Assembly (NCBI GenBank): GCA_030704615.1
Contig: CM060733.1
Coordinates: forward strand, 36,952,001 to 37,016,000
Direction of reading: 5' to 3'
Length of the DNA: 64,000 nt
Source: Takakia lepidozioides
Taxonomy: Eukaryota; Plantae; Bryophyta
The translations under genes and the position numbers were made by a program. A model generated the notes under the pieces. That model saw only the letters and a program-made list of their open reading frames with translations, made no database searches and was not told the DNA's origin. Below, one piece after another: positions 24,601 to 38,755 of this stretch (positions within the stretch are counted from its first letter, which is position 1; each line of letters starts with the position of its first letter).

Positions 24601-27600
24601 TTGCTCGTTAGCACCACGGAGCTCAGCTATGCACTCTTCTTGGAACTTCACTCTCTCAATCACAGTGCCTGTAAACGCACAAATAAGGTGTTTCAGTGAC
24701 AGAGTTTATAAACTTCATCAATCTGCTTTCTTTAAAATAGCATCCGTAAGTTATTGTTTTTGTAGAGGAAATTTGTAATGCCCACAATAATTGTTTATAG
24801 TACCCTGGTGCGATAAGCTCCCTGAGAATAGGATCTGTCCATCAGCTTCGTAGGCATACGACTCCGAATCTAACAGGCCTGGCCCCGACACCTGTACAAC
24901 ATACAACTCAAGGCTGTTCCCTTACAACCTCACAGTGGAAGTGCAGGTCTAGTAGTTCTATGTTTAGATTCCTTTCGCCTTCTCAAGACTTCAAGACCAT
25001 TCTTGTGGGAAAGACATTTACAGTAATCATTAGCCATGCAGATCGCTAGCCAGGTGGAGTTTGCTTACCTAGAGATCCTTAGATGTATAAGGAGACAGGA
25101 ATTATAGCTTTCATTCACACTCCTACAAAAACCACAAGTTCAGTTAAATTGAAAGGCCAAGACATTCACCCAGATTTCTGTCTGCTCGTTGATGCCTGAT
25201 TGAGGGTGTAGCTATCTCCACTTTCAAATCCCCACAAGTTTGCTGGACCCCCAAGAGGTCACAATCCAGTAAGACCTTCTCTGTCTCGATGACATCAAAC
25301 TTAGCAGCTTCCACCATGACACTCAGACAAGTATTATTCATCTCTCCAAGCATGTACTCTTCAGACTTGCCCTCTTTTCTTCCGCTAAGCTCCTTAATTT
25401 TGTGACTCACTGAAGCCTCTGATAAAGATTTCAGCTTATGAGAAGCTATCTCTATCGTACTGTTGGCTTGGAGTATGGTTTCACCGTATTTGCCAATACC
25501 TAAGGAAGAAAATTCCACACTCCCTGATTCTTTGCTTTGCATATTGATAGGCTCCCCCTCATACAGTTTAGCAGCCTGTTCTTCCACATCCAACACTCCA
25601 TTGTCAAGTTTACCCAAAGAAGACTTCGAGGCTTCAAGCTCTTGAGCGATTCCATCTCTCTCTTTCTTAGCTTGAAGGACATCTTCATCCACCGTCATCA
25701 CCCTTACTGCACACTCATCTAAGAAAATTCTCTCTTTTTCCTTAACGGCAAGTAGTTCTTCCTCTTTCCTTTCCAAAATTTCCCTAAGTTTGGCAGTGGT
25801 CGCAAAGGCTTCATCAAGACTCTTCAGCAGCTGCAGATTCTCACTGGCCACGAGCAGCACGCATTTCCCCCTGGACTCTGCATCTTTGTCAAGCAGTTGA
25901 TTTGCCATGTATCCCTGCACTGCTTTTTGCAAATCCCTACTTATCTAAATGGGTTCCAAGCGTTCCAGGTAGAAAGTGCCCTGATACCTGTAGATCACCT
26001 TCCAGCTTTGCCTTGAACAACTCTGAAATGTCTTCATTGACTCCCTCATTGTCTGCCTCCTGAAGCTTTTTAGTGTACCATGCACTCTCTTTGGCTTCTC
26101 TCAGTTCTCGGTCAGCTTTCTGCATATAAACACAGAATATGCTTATTTTACCAGTGCAGCAAATGCCTTTGCCTCACAGCCTCTGAGCCTTGACAGACAC
26201 TTCCATCATGCTACTGCTCCATCCCATTCACCTATCAGTAGATGTTGATAGACCACACAAAAGCCATTGTTCATGGCCCTTCAACGTCATCTATGCAATT
26301 CTTTCAAAATTACTCCGCGCAAGGCCTCTGTACTGCATTCACCTTGATGGCCAGCTGTAAATGTTGATTCTCCATGACCAGGTTCTCTGCTTGGACTTCA
26401 GCTTCTCTCCGCCGGGCTAGGGCAGCTACAGCGTCATCTCGTGCATCCTTTACCTACAATTTCACCACTGTTATCAGTGTGGACGGTGGTGAAAGACAAA
26501 ATGTATCATCTAGAAAGATTGCAGCAACCTTTTCAGAATAACTTCAACATGGACAGTATAAAAGGCTGTTAAAGATGACAACCTCCTTTGCCATCATACC
26601 TTCCAGATGGCTCCCCTCCTAAATTAGTTCATTAACTGCCAGATCTCTAAAAGACTTCACCTCACTAGAGGGGCAATGTACCTGGGCCTCTAGTTCCTCC
26701 ACACGATGCACCGAAGCCTGTTCAGTTTGAGCACGCAACTCGCGTTCTTGTTCCACCATCTCCATTAGTTGGTACCTTAGCTCTGCCATCTCCTGGGTCA
26801 AGTCCTCGGCTTCATCTTTCGCCTTTACTTTCTCCTCCATCAATTCTGCCTGAAATCAAAACATGTTACCCTACTGCAAATCACTAGTATACATCTTGTC
26901 TCTCTCATGCTTGCAAATTGTCTAGAGAATACCATGCCAACCATCGCAGAGACTATGGATATTCCATGGATGCTCTTAAATGACTTCCCTGCCCAGTCAG
27001 TTTCTGGTCTGGGACTCCTAAGCAGATGTAAGGCAGTATCCAAGAACTTGGCCATACCTTCGATTGGGATACAACTTCTCTCAGCTCCTCAAGCTCCCGC
27101 ACTTTCACATGAAGATCGTGTGCAGCATTCTGTGCCTTAACCTCTGCATCTGCAAGCCTGGTATGCAGCTCATTGAGTTCCTCTCCCGTAGCCAGTGATG
27201 CTTCTCCAAGCTCCAGGAGCATCTGTATTGAACTACTTTTGGGGGTCCTGGGGGACACCGGCATCTCCGTGTTCAAATACCCTTTCTTCACAGGTGTGAG
27301 GAGAAAGTCAAGCTCACTGTTGCCACAGCTACCATGTTGAAACTCGCCCTCCAAGTCAGCCACACGGGCCTCCCATTCTGCTCTCTCTTTTGCCCAGTCA
27401 TCTTCCCTCCTTGCATGCTGCCCAAACAGCTCTCAATGTGAGACTCTTCACAGCTTTTCAAATCCCATGGTGATGATGTACCCCATATCAATTGTGCATG
27501 AATGCGAAATCCCATTGATGGTACATAGCGATCTCGAAAGGCATCCAGCTAAGAAAACAGAGCTTGCACATAAAGATTTGACCAACAACAGACTTGACAG

Positions 27601-30600
27601 TAGAGCAAAGAACTGTGAGTAAAAAGATCCAATAAATGTTAGATAATTCACTGCTTACTTACATCATTTCTATCTTGTTCCAGCTCAAGCTGCAGTGCTA
27701 GCTGCTCTGCTTTGAGTTCAATAACCTCTTGTTTTAACATCAACATTTCCTCTTTGAGTCTTCTGACTCTGTCCACTGACTGCGCCAGATGTCCCTGAAC
27801 ATGGCACACGGCCTTTCTTTTAGCCATGAGTCCATGCTCTTTAGTTGTACAACTTGTTTGGCATCTATATACTTCAATTCAGATTGCACAGGCTGTTCCT
27901 GAAGATGTAGTTGCCAAATTCACAGAATCCATGTACTTCTCCTGCTGAGATCAATTGCTGAAATAAATGGTAAGAAGAATATGTTGGCTCAGCAAAGCCC
28001 AACAATGTAGGGAGGACTGAGGCAAGAAGGAAGCCTAAAGCATTTTCACTCCTATCATGGAAAGACTAAGAACTAGATGACAAGCCAAAAAACACCAGTA
28101 ACAAATACCACAGTGGATAAAGGATACAATATAGAACAACAGACATCTCTCAGTGACTTGCAATGAATGAGCATTACACCTGCAGTTGAATGACCTCCAA
28201 TTGGAAGTTAGTGGTGCTCAGTAGCAGGTGGTCTTCCAAGTTTGTGACCAATTGCGCCTCCCCACTTTTTTCATCTAGTGCTTGGGACAACTGCAGGTGC
28301 TCTACTTCTGATTCCACAAGATCCTTCCTTACACGGTTAATGGTTTCATGAAGCTCACTCAGGCTTTGATCACCCTCTCGTAGGAGGGCTTCAAAACTAC
28401 TTATATGCTCGCCTGCACCGCTTCCCTCAAGACCTTGCAGTTCTTGCTCTAGTTTTGCTGCATACTCCCATGCCAAACAGCAGATCAGCATAGTACAACC
28501 CAGTAGGAATGAAATGCGTTTGTCCTTGAGCTTTCCTTGCACGGAATATTAGTTCCCAGCTCATATTGAAGAGAAAATTGTATTTGGGGGACCCAGAAGA
28601 AAAAGCTGCCATCTTAATTTTCTCAATTGGCTTCAAAGACCTTCTGCATGTTTCCTCAATCACTGTCAGTGGCTGAGGGCAACATGAATGTACCAAAAGA
28701 GCTAACTCAAAACAGTGTACATTCTAGCATTGCATACTTTCCAAAAAACCCATCATCAGCCTACTGCAGGAGAGATTGAAAGACATCCAGAATGGAAACC
28801 AACCCAACATAGACAGTTGAAATTTCTCCAGAAAACTGGTTGACCAGAAAGGCTATCGCAATTTGCTCTGCAAACTTAAAGGTGGAGTTAGCATTACCAC
28901 AACGGTCGGAGAAAAACTTAAGCTCTCTCTCTAGATGCACCACCTGAGATGCTTCTTGCTTCAAACTTGCCAACTCTGCCTTGTTAACATTAGACATCTG
29001 CACAGTCACATTAACTTATGGAATATTACTCCTCGTGGTCATACTTCATCATATGCCCTGCAAAACATGCAAGAGCAAGAGACAGACAGAAGGGAGACAG
29101 AAAGTGGAATCAAGAGTGCAGAGTGTACAGTAAGAGAAATACCTCCTCGACATCCCGGAGCTTAAGCTGCTCAATAAGGAACAACTGCTCGAAAACATCT
29201 CGCTCCTCTTCAAGCTTATTAAGTTCAATAAGATTTCCAAAAACCGTAGCCCATGCAAACACCCAGACACAGCAGAGTCATTGGAAATAGCATAAGTAAC
29301 ATTCATTCATCTAAGATGATGATGCTTCCAGACAAAATATCAGCCTGCAACCAACACACAGAATGCCATTTCTCTCATTTCTTACTTGCCAGATTGTCTG
29401 AGCTGACTGAGACAGCACATGAAAAAGAAGTCCCAAGGGAAAGGACCTGTTTGCAGGCTTGCTCCAGTTGCAAAATGTCGCTGACATGCGAGCCCATCAG
29501 TAATGATCCAGTACTGTCGCTCCTTATGTGGCCCAGCCTCTACCATTCAAGCAGCTTACATCACCCTCTTTTCACTTTAACTTCCAAGTTGTGCTCAAAT
29601 TTCAGCACCAAGAAACATCTCCTCACAGTAAACTGGATAAACGTCGATATTAGACTGGTGTGACTGGCACAAATGCCCCACTGACCATGACCACATTTCC
29701 TGACTGTTTAGACAGAAGATAGCATAAGCTCAGGCCTGAACAAGTTGCTTACACTAACAAATGGTCCGATGAGTGATTCTTGGATGGCACCTAGGCAGCA
29801 TTACCTAGGGCCCCTGCCATGAGGAGGCAGAGTAAATCAGTTGGGAGAGACTGGTGTTCCCAGCAGCAACGAAACACAAATGAAACAATAGAAGAAATAC
29901 CTTTGCTTCAAGAAAATCCGAACTCTTGTGAATCCTTGGAGATTCTGACAGCCTGAAAAGGAATTTCAACTAGTGAGATGGTCACAAATGCCGCATGTGA
30001 AAACAATCCCCCACTATTGACAGCAAATGAGCAACTCATCCGGTCATTCCATCATCAACCATTGACAAGTCTCTTTATTGTTATGCAATCTGCTGAGAGG
30101 GAGCGAGAAGTATAAATTAGACTAAGCCTGCCTACAGTTTCACATCTCGAATGTTATCCCATGTTATCCCACAGGGCACAGCTCCGGCACCTCAACAATC
30201 AGTTCCAGAGTAACAATGCAATCTTGTCAAAAAAATCTCATACACTCTAACTGAGCGTGGATTGAGCATCGTAAGTATTCATAACAACATCCATTCTACC
30301 AATAAAGTGTAAAAGGTTGAGCAAAGAACTGTATGAAGAATGAATGACAAGTTTCAGTATAAATAGAAACACTTGCCTCACATCAGAAAGAGTTCGCAAT
30401 TCTTGCCCTGGCAAAGTGGAGCTGGCCATGCAATGCTCCCCGCAGTCCTGCTCAGGAACAACAGCATTCACTCACTGACACAGGAGCTCTTTGACAACTT
30501 TTGAGCTACAAGACAGTTCTCTAGAAGAGAGAGACAACATAAATGAGAGCCCCATCCCCACCAGGGGTACCGCCCTCTTTGGAGGGGGGGCTCTAAAGGC

Positions 30601-32316
30601 CCCAGACAAATGTTGGCTAACAGCTGCATGGGACCCCTCAGAATATGAAGACTGTCCACAGTCAGTAGCATTTTATGTCACTTGCATCTGGGGGACTCTC
30701 TATTGAAGCTGTTGCTTTGAGTTTGGAAAAAATCTTCCAATTGTCTCAACATGGAGCATCACAGTCTCCAACAGCTTCATATGGGTAAACTACGTCACAT
30801 TTACACAAAAAAGGTGATACATTCCCAGATAACTGAGGCTGTCTCAGTGAAGGAATGGACATTGCTACAACAGATGAAGACAGCAAGATAGCAATTGCCC
30901 TCTCAATTGAGAATTGTTTCATCCAGCTGAGGTACTTCAAAGCAGCAGTGATCAGTGCTTACAGCGGTAACTTATGGCTTGCTCCACAGCTGTAATTGGA
31001 CAAGGAAGTTTCTAAAACATATCTGGCACATTGTTTAGGAATCCCTAGGTCCCTGCAGATTTCTCATACTAGAACAAAAGATTGTTGCTCCCTCCTTTGA
31101 AGCACCCTTAACCTCCAAGCATAACTGTCCTGATCCGAGAGGGCCACAATGTCAAGAGCACCATTCTCCTAATTAAGGGAAGCAGAGGGGCAGATGGTGC
31201 ACATAAAATTAAAAGACAGGAACCCAACCACATGATTTTAAACATACCATGAAGTCCTGACCGGAAGACCAGCCATAGGGAAGTGGAGACTCCACCATTT
31301 CTGGCTCCTTTGCCTGCGAAACACCCCTCTGACAGCAACGTGAATTTGTCTGTACAAGAACAACATACTCTTTCCGTGCAACTGAGGACAGGAAAGGAGA
31401 AATTGTATACTCAATGATTTCATTTGCCAGACGTGACACTCCTTGGCACAGAATGTACTCATAAGACGTTGTTTGCCTTAGCCTTGTGGCCATTGACCCC
31501 GTGCTCACTTTGAGCGGAACACAAAGGGACAGAAACTACCATTGTCATGGGCTGACACCAGTAGTATAACTTACCTTGGAACAGACAATTGATCCGAGGT
31601 TTCCAGATATCTCTAGAGATCCCTTTACACAAGCATCAATCTGCTGTGTGTGGTTTGGCACAGAGAAAAGAGGACACCAGGGAAGGACAGGAGGATTACC
31701 ATTCACTGCAGAAAGCTGTTTGTCATTTGTCAAACTGAGACATACTGCACTTGCTAACTGAGGACTAATCAGTGCAGTGACAGTTGGTACTTTGAAGAGG
31801 ACCCCTATTCAGAAGAAGACCCACTGAATACCATCAGAACACATAGGTTGATAATGGAATGGCCACGTGATGTGGGTGCCAGTAAGGCATGGTCACCCTG
31901 GGGAGAGAAGAGGAGAAAAAAAGAGAGGCCACATTTTATTCTTTTCACTACAAAATAGGGTATGTTGGGTGTAACATTCAAGCCAACCAGAACAGTACAT
32001 TGCCATGCTTGCACATTGGTGGTTGAGAGAAACAAAGAGATCCTCTTAAACCTGAAATGGAAAAGCGACTGTCTGCCACAATACCTCTTCCACCAAGGAG
32101 GACGACAATAAATATGTGTCTCCCTCCCCACCTCTGCCTCTTGGGGCACTGTCTTGATCTGTGAGTTATGCATGCACCCATCGTTTGCATTCTTGCACTT
32201 GGACTCATTTCAAAAACCAGCCTCAAAGCAAAGATCTAGGAGGAACACGGATGTATTACCCGTGACTTGCCCAGACGCCAGCTCCCTGACTTCCATTTCT
32301 TGGATCCGGTGGACAT
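18650..32316 (-). CDS. Large multi-exon coiled-coil protein; central part resembles the plant 'myosin heavy chain-related' At5g07890/At5g61200-like family. Both ends approximate
   Basis: Heptad-rich exons at 19789-20600, 20775-21270, 23230-24312, 25170-25932 and 27056-27400. EEKVKAKDEAEDLTQEMAELRYQL...EQASVHRVEELEAQV (26682-26843) matches the family C-terminal motif. The start MSTGSKKWKSGSWRLGKSR at 32316 is tentative. Confidence 0.7.
31450..31652. ncRNA. Putative structured RNA / small mobile element, copy 2 (probable intron of the coiled-coil gene)
   Basis: Homologous to 1724-1930. Flanked by the 10-bp direct repeat TTGGCACAGA (31443-31452 and 31655-31664). Confidence 0.55.
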
Positions 32317-34388
32317 CTTCCTCAAATAGGTGTCACTTGAACAGGGCCTTTAAGCAATTCTTCATGACTCCAGTGCAATCCACAGTGAAACCGAAATACT
32401 TTTCCAGCACAAGAACAGAATTTCAATACAGCTCCAGTGGACTTCACGTTCTCACATCCTTATCGGATCACTGGCTACCCTGAAGTTCAAACAAGGAAAT
32501 AAGTCACCTAGGTCTGAGAACTGTAATAAGAGACATCCCAGCTGGAGCGCCAGCAAATGTTTGATACTTGATCACTCACGATTGTGCAGAGGAAGAAAAG
32601 CCGAATCTTAGAATTTTCATTACATGCGTCGTCAGACCTCAGATCACAATCTTTGCTAGCCATAAACCCAGTTCCTTAAAACCCTCAAAAGCTCCAGTTT
32701 GTAGAGAGGCATAGAAGTTCAAATTCTGAGATACAGACAAATTTTACAGACGAATAAGGGGTGCTTGCGGATACTTGGAGAATGCAACCTTCGGAATGTA
32801 GGTCGCAACATTAATTTTGCCTCTGCAGATATATTACTAAAACTTTCTTAATAATTGGTGGGGTAGGGGGCTATGTCCCACCATTTTTGCGCCGATACTC
32901 CTTACTACACTCACATCAAGACTGCGCATTCTGATTAGGCCTCCATAGCAATGTGAACACCGCAGAACAAAGAAGGATAGACGATAAAAACGATTCGAGG
33001 AAGCTCCAAAAACTCTGAGCTTTTCTTCAGGTCTCTCCGCAGAGCGGATTAAAGAGTAGCAATTACCAGAACATTCGCGGCGTCACTAATTAGAAAGTTT
33101 AACCGTCTCCCAGGAAACTGAGACAGCCCGGAAACTGTAAGCAAGAGACCTAGTGAATTCTCTCTCTAAATGGAATGAAGATCTCACTGAGTCCAAAGCA
33201 AGGGCAGCTGGACACAATGTGACAAGCAAAATGAGAAACAAAACAAGAGTGACAACTCGTTGCTGGAATCTAGAAGAATTCTGAAGCACCTCAGAGCATT
33301 TCTTACTTGTTCAAGAGCCAAGTGACATAAAGCTGCACAGAGAGAGCACGGCAAGAGAATCCGCGGATCGCTCGCTCGTATCTGTGGGGAAAGCAAAGCT
33401 CTGAATGACGGCAGCAAGATAGAATCCTCCGTCGACATCTGTAGCTTGCCGGTAACTAACGCGACTTTAGTTACCTGCTGAATTTCAAATGCACCCTCCA
33501 AAATCGTTCCCACTCATCGTTACTTGACGGAACACTGTAGCCTCAAATGGGAAGAATAAAGGTTACTCTACCCCATAGTTTTTCATTTTTTTCAAACAGG
33601 GGACAAAAGGCCCTCCTTAGCCCAGCCTTAGGATGGGATACCCTCTCATTTGTTAGCCTTATGGCTCTCCACAAGGTTATTTTTCCTTGTTTTGATGTGA
33701 TCTCAACAGCTTCTTCTACTTCCTTCAACACAATGAACCAGAATGTTTCTTTTATCACGCATTGTTGTGGGCTCAGAAAGGGGCCATTGACAGTATGTAA
33801 ATTCTATGACATTTTGAGAGAAGGATCTGGGCTAACTAGAGGTGTAGGTGATTAAGGGTTGACACAAACATGCTGAACATTGGCTTGAACAAAAAATAGC
33901 AACATGATGAAAACCATGGAGGTATCATATGGTATGGGGATTCCCCACCACAATGAGCATGACCAACATGTTAGCTCTTCATGGAAGATGTCCACCTCAT
34001 GAGCTCCCTGTGTGACTGGAATCACCTCTGATAGTCTCTGTTCATACATCACAACATGCTCTCTCTTCTCTATTTCAGGCTGTCAATCCAATTGCTAACC
34101 AGGTTTGCAAAGCAACATATGCACATCCAGCCTCTCGTAAGAATGAATATGGCTGTGATCAAGAATTATGAATTGTGTTTTCAATAACACTAGTAGTTTG
34201 GTAAGTTTCTGACATACTAGGAAAACCTCTCTAAAGCGGCCAGAGCTGCACTAGACAACCTCACCTTTAACAGTGGAGACAAGTATGGTCAAGGTGTTGG
34301 TCTACGAGGGGATGCCTCCCCTTGATCTCACGAAGAGAGAAACAGAGAGACATGGTGCAGGTAAGCCAGTCTCTTCCTTAATAAAAAC

Positions 34389-37300
34389 TCAACAACCACC
34401 TTCAGACTCATGGGGAGGCCAACCAAACTGATTACTCAAAACATCCCTTGAAACCTGCCCGAACCCATTTGAGATTGCAAGCATAGACCTGAAAGTGTGC
34501 AGCCCTTCTTGCACCTTCTCAGACTGGTCTTTCAGATTGGCCATCAGGGTGTCACAATCTGCGATCGATAGCCCTAAAGTCTGCTCAGCATATTTAAACC
34601 GAGCAGTCTCAAGGTGCTGTTGCTGGCCCAGAATCAATCTTTTCTGTGCAAGTAGTGCTTCTTTGGCACAAGCATACTCAGCGACCTGTGACTGCTTTAG
34701 CTTCTGTAAAGCATCTGAAATGTTCTGCTCATAGTGTGATTCCAGTCGATCTATCGGGGTACCCAACAGCACAGGGGAGCTGGACCCGTTGAGGAGAGAG
34801 CTAGAGGAAAGTAATAAATCCTTGGTATTTGACCCCAGGATTTGACCAGAACTCTCCAATGCAGGTACTGTACTGTATGAACTTGAAGCTGCAAGTCCTG
34901 AAGAAGTCAAAGAGCTTTGTGATACCAGCATCTCCCCTGCCCCACTTGTCATCATCTCTGTCTGGGGCAACACCCCAACTGGGCATGCATGGAAAGTGGA
35001 CCTTGCTTGACCAGTTACCAGACTGCCATCACCATGCCTAACAACCTGCAGACTAGAATTTCCTGTTTCTAACCCAAATCCCCCTACCAAGCTTGACACT
35101 GCACCAGGAGAGGGTGTCTGGTAAGCTACAACTGCTTGGGATGTTTGAGATATCACCAGAGGAACTGTCAGTTGCCCGGCGTCCTTCACCCTGTTAGCAA
35201 GGGCTTGGCACTCCTTCATATGGTCATCTATTGAACCAGTTTGGTTTATGGTCCAATCCATATCACTGACTGCTGATAATGCTACTCCACTGCTCTTCTC
35301 GGTATGATCTGGAGCTGACATGTCAGATGCGAATTCTTCCTTATGAGCTAAAGGCAAAACCTTGGGGCCTTCTGTGGTGGCTCTCTCCTCTGGTTCAAAT
35401 CCCTCATTGCAGGCAGATATAGTATCAGGCAGAGGCAAACCCTTAGTACTTACTGTGGTGGCTTTCCCCTCTGCTTCGCATCCTTCACTGCAAGCAGCTT
35501 TTGTATCAGTTGCATCTGGTAAACCATATGGGCTGCCCCCCTCAGCTTTGCATCCTTCATTTTGGGCAGGTTTTGAATCAGTATCCGGTGAATCATGACC
35601 ATTGGCTTTGCTGTCCGCGTGGGAAGTGAAGCTGGAAAGAGTGGCTGGTGTGGGGCGGGAAAGTGGAGTGCTGCAAGATGGAAGCCACTGGTCTAGACTA
35701 GCCTCAGAGTGATGAACAGCGCCTTCTTCAAGCACACTCCCTGGTCTTCTCAAGGCCTGCTGCTGCTTGCCTGTCCGTAGGATAATCCGCGATTCATGTC
35801 AGTTGTGCTTCAGAGTGCGCAAAAGGGGGGCAATGCGAGGTTTGTTGACATTGTCTCAAAGAATGAAAGCATGCTTTGCTTGCACATTCACTTAGTTCGC
35901 CCTGTCACACCATCCACTAATGTTGTACAACTGTGCCATCTGGTTTCATTAGATATTCAGGGAAAAGAGCCTGTCCAAACTGTTAACCTGCTGAAAGATG
36001 ATGCAAACATATCCTGTACTAACGATAATTAAATCATCATTATTCTAGACCTTATATACCTTGCACATACCGAGCATGCCTGAAAAGAAGTTACCTGCAT
36101 CAACAGCATTAGATTTATCTTGCAAATCTCTGAACACCTCCTGAATTGATTCTCCATTTTGAACCTGCCACTCCAATTGCCCTCCAGAGTCTTAACACAC
36201 AAACTCTGACTCAGATAAGACCACAAAAAACAGCACCCACGAAACAGTGGAAAAGCTGAGCTGAAATCAGCATACAGCCAATAGACTTGCATATAACATT
36301 CCCCACAAAGACCTTCCGACCAATACGGACCTTTTTAAGAGCTGTATCAACTAGAGACACCAGAATCATTCCTTGCCCATGCTGTGTGCCTTGCATTATC
36401 TGAAGTGCAAGCCTCAGGCTTTTCTCAGCCTGGGGCCTCATGGTCATGCCTTCTATATCATCAAGCAGGTGAGTAACAAGCTCTCTCAGATCCGTTTTCC
36501 AATCACACCGCCGGCAGAGATACTCTATATCAATCTTGTTTTCCTTCACAACCCCAGCCATTTGGGATGTCAGTGCACACTCGAGGTGAGCCGCATGCCC
36601 ACAAATGCCGGCCGCCTGTGAAGGCCTGTTCAAGCACCGTATCGAATTGCTTCCATTAACATCTGACCGGAGGTCTTTGCAGCAAAGAAGGCACTTACAC
36701 TCCCGGCAAAACCCCGGCTCTGAGCAACAAATGTTACACGGCAAACCTCCTAATGGTCCTGAGAGTAGACTATTCCCTGTTTCCAGGCCACACTGAGGGT
36801 TCTCTGACTGACATCCAGTCCTTGACTTTTTCGCCGAACTTGGCAATTTTGCATCATCACGAGGTGGCCTTCCTTGCTTGGCTGAGACTTCCCTTGAAGC
36901 TGCAAAGTGCCAAGATCGAATCCATTATCAATAGTTTTCTGTGTAGAGGTGACATCATCTGTAAGTCCCAGACATGAGTTAGAAGCGCGCTACATTGTTA
37001 ATTTCCTGCAACAATCTTGATGGCGACGTGCTTCCTGTACTGACAGCTCTACTGTCACAACAGAGTGGCACAGAACATCGATTTGTCAATTGCAACAAAA
37101 CCTACTAAAGATGACTGAGCACTGAACAAATCAACAAAAACTTGAATATTCAACTACAATACTGAAAAAGAGATTGGTCTATTGATCAGACAGCCTTCAC
37201 TATCAAATTGGAATTAGCAACAACAGCCGATGGCCAATGCAGCTCCAGTAGGATGAGACACATGGCACCAAATCAACAAAGACCATGAGCAATGTGGATG

Positions 37301-38755
37301 CTACCAGTAAAGCTCAAATATACTGCCCCGGTGCACATAATTGCGTCCAAATCTTGATACATCACTTCACTCTCTCAATGCTTCCATAAACGTATGCAAT
37401 AGTGTAGAGCATTAAAGACTGGATTGATGATTCCTACCTGGGAGCAGAATTCTTTTGTTGAAGAGAAAATACAAATGTCCCGTGGCATTTAATTGGCTCA
37501 CACGTCAGGGTTCACTTTGAATGAGCATCATATAAGATGTTGCTCAAGAAGCCCTGTTACACTACCCCCAAAATGCTGAAGCTGATTGGCGGTGTCCCAC
37601 AGGAGTCAAGAGTACAAAATTGTCTAAAACCTCTAGAAGTCTGTTCTTTCCACCGGACAACAAGATTCTTTGGAAGACCAGGGGAAGGTAAGAAATCCCT
37701 GTACCTTCTGAAGAAAGAGGGCCTCCACTGGCACCGGAAGAAGGCACTTTCCACTGGAATGAGTTGAAAAATCTTTCGACATTTACTCCTGTAAAGTTCT
37801 TCTTAAGGTATTCAGTAATGCTCTTCCTGCTGGCAAAGTCCGTGATCTTTCTACCTCTGGCCAAACTCTTGGGAAGGAATAAATATCTGTCTATCCAATA
37901 CCCATTGCTGGCTCGTTTTCCCACCCTCCAGCCCCATTTATCATCGGGACTTGGCCATCCCTGTGGAGCATAAGGCCAACCCTCTCCCCTTTCACCTGCC
38001 ATGACGGGCCTTCGGGGACAAGATTCCTCGTTTGGAAGTGGTGGAGGTCCAGACTTTACAATGTGCGAGTCTGTAGGAAGCCTTTTCACCCCTATGTTGT
38101 CTTCAGGGCACAATGCAGGATCTACACCGGGGTTAGGCATGGAGGCGCCGGCGCTCTCTGGTTTTGAGGGACAGTCGATCTTATGCGTATCTGAAACAAG
38201 TTCCGTAGAGAGAGAACGAGACCCATCAAATCTGCTTGGTGCTGGAGACATTGCAGACAAAGAAACCAAAGCGCCAGGAGGTGATAGAGATGTGGAAGTT
38301 GGTTGTGGTGAGATAACTCTTTCGTTCAGATTCGAATCGTCTAAGCACGAAGGAGATGGTGAGGATGTGAGTCCCACAGATACCGACAAACAAGGATTTG
38401 CACCTGCTATTGTTGCACTTGCAACTGTACTTGTTTGAGGTAGAGGTGATGAAAGAGGCTCCAACGGTGAAGGTAAAGTGGACTGTGATGACTGCGAAAC
38501 GGATGCGACAGCAGATGGCGGCTTCATTGCAGGAATTGAAAATGCCATGCGTGCAAGACTTGTCGAGCCTGGTTGCAAGGCTGACAGACAATCGGAAGAT
38601 TCACCTAATGAGGACGATGCTATTTCCGACCGAAGCAAGTTAGAGAAAGACATTGACGGATCAAGAGAAGACAACCGTGAGACAGGCTGCGAAGCTAAAG
38701 CTGGAGGAGAGGAGAAAGCTGCGGAATCGGAGACCGAAGGGGGTGTCCGTACCAT
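34389..38755 (-). CDS. Oberon-like PHD-finger protein (At1g05410/At3g22520-like)
   Basis: GEGWPYAPQGWPSPDDKWGWRVGKR...DRYLFLP...FASR...FFNSFQWKVP domain, then CNICCSEPGFCRECKCLLC...CGHAAHLECAL...MAGVV...EYLCRRCD, then a C-terminal LQKLKQSQVAEY...LLAQK coiled coil. Exons about 37705-38755, 36331-36900, 36095-36165 and 34389-35770. Confidence 0.85.

Noticed and set aside
31545-31733. ORF QIDACVKGSLEISGNLGSIVCSK as a shared protein domain with the 1.8-kb region
   Set aside because: The two copies differ by single-base indels that break the frame while preserving base-pairing, which favours RNA/DNA-level constraint.
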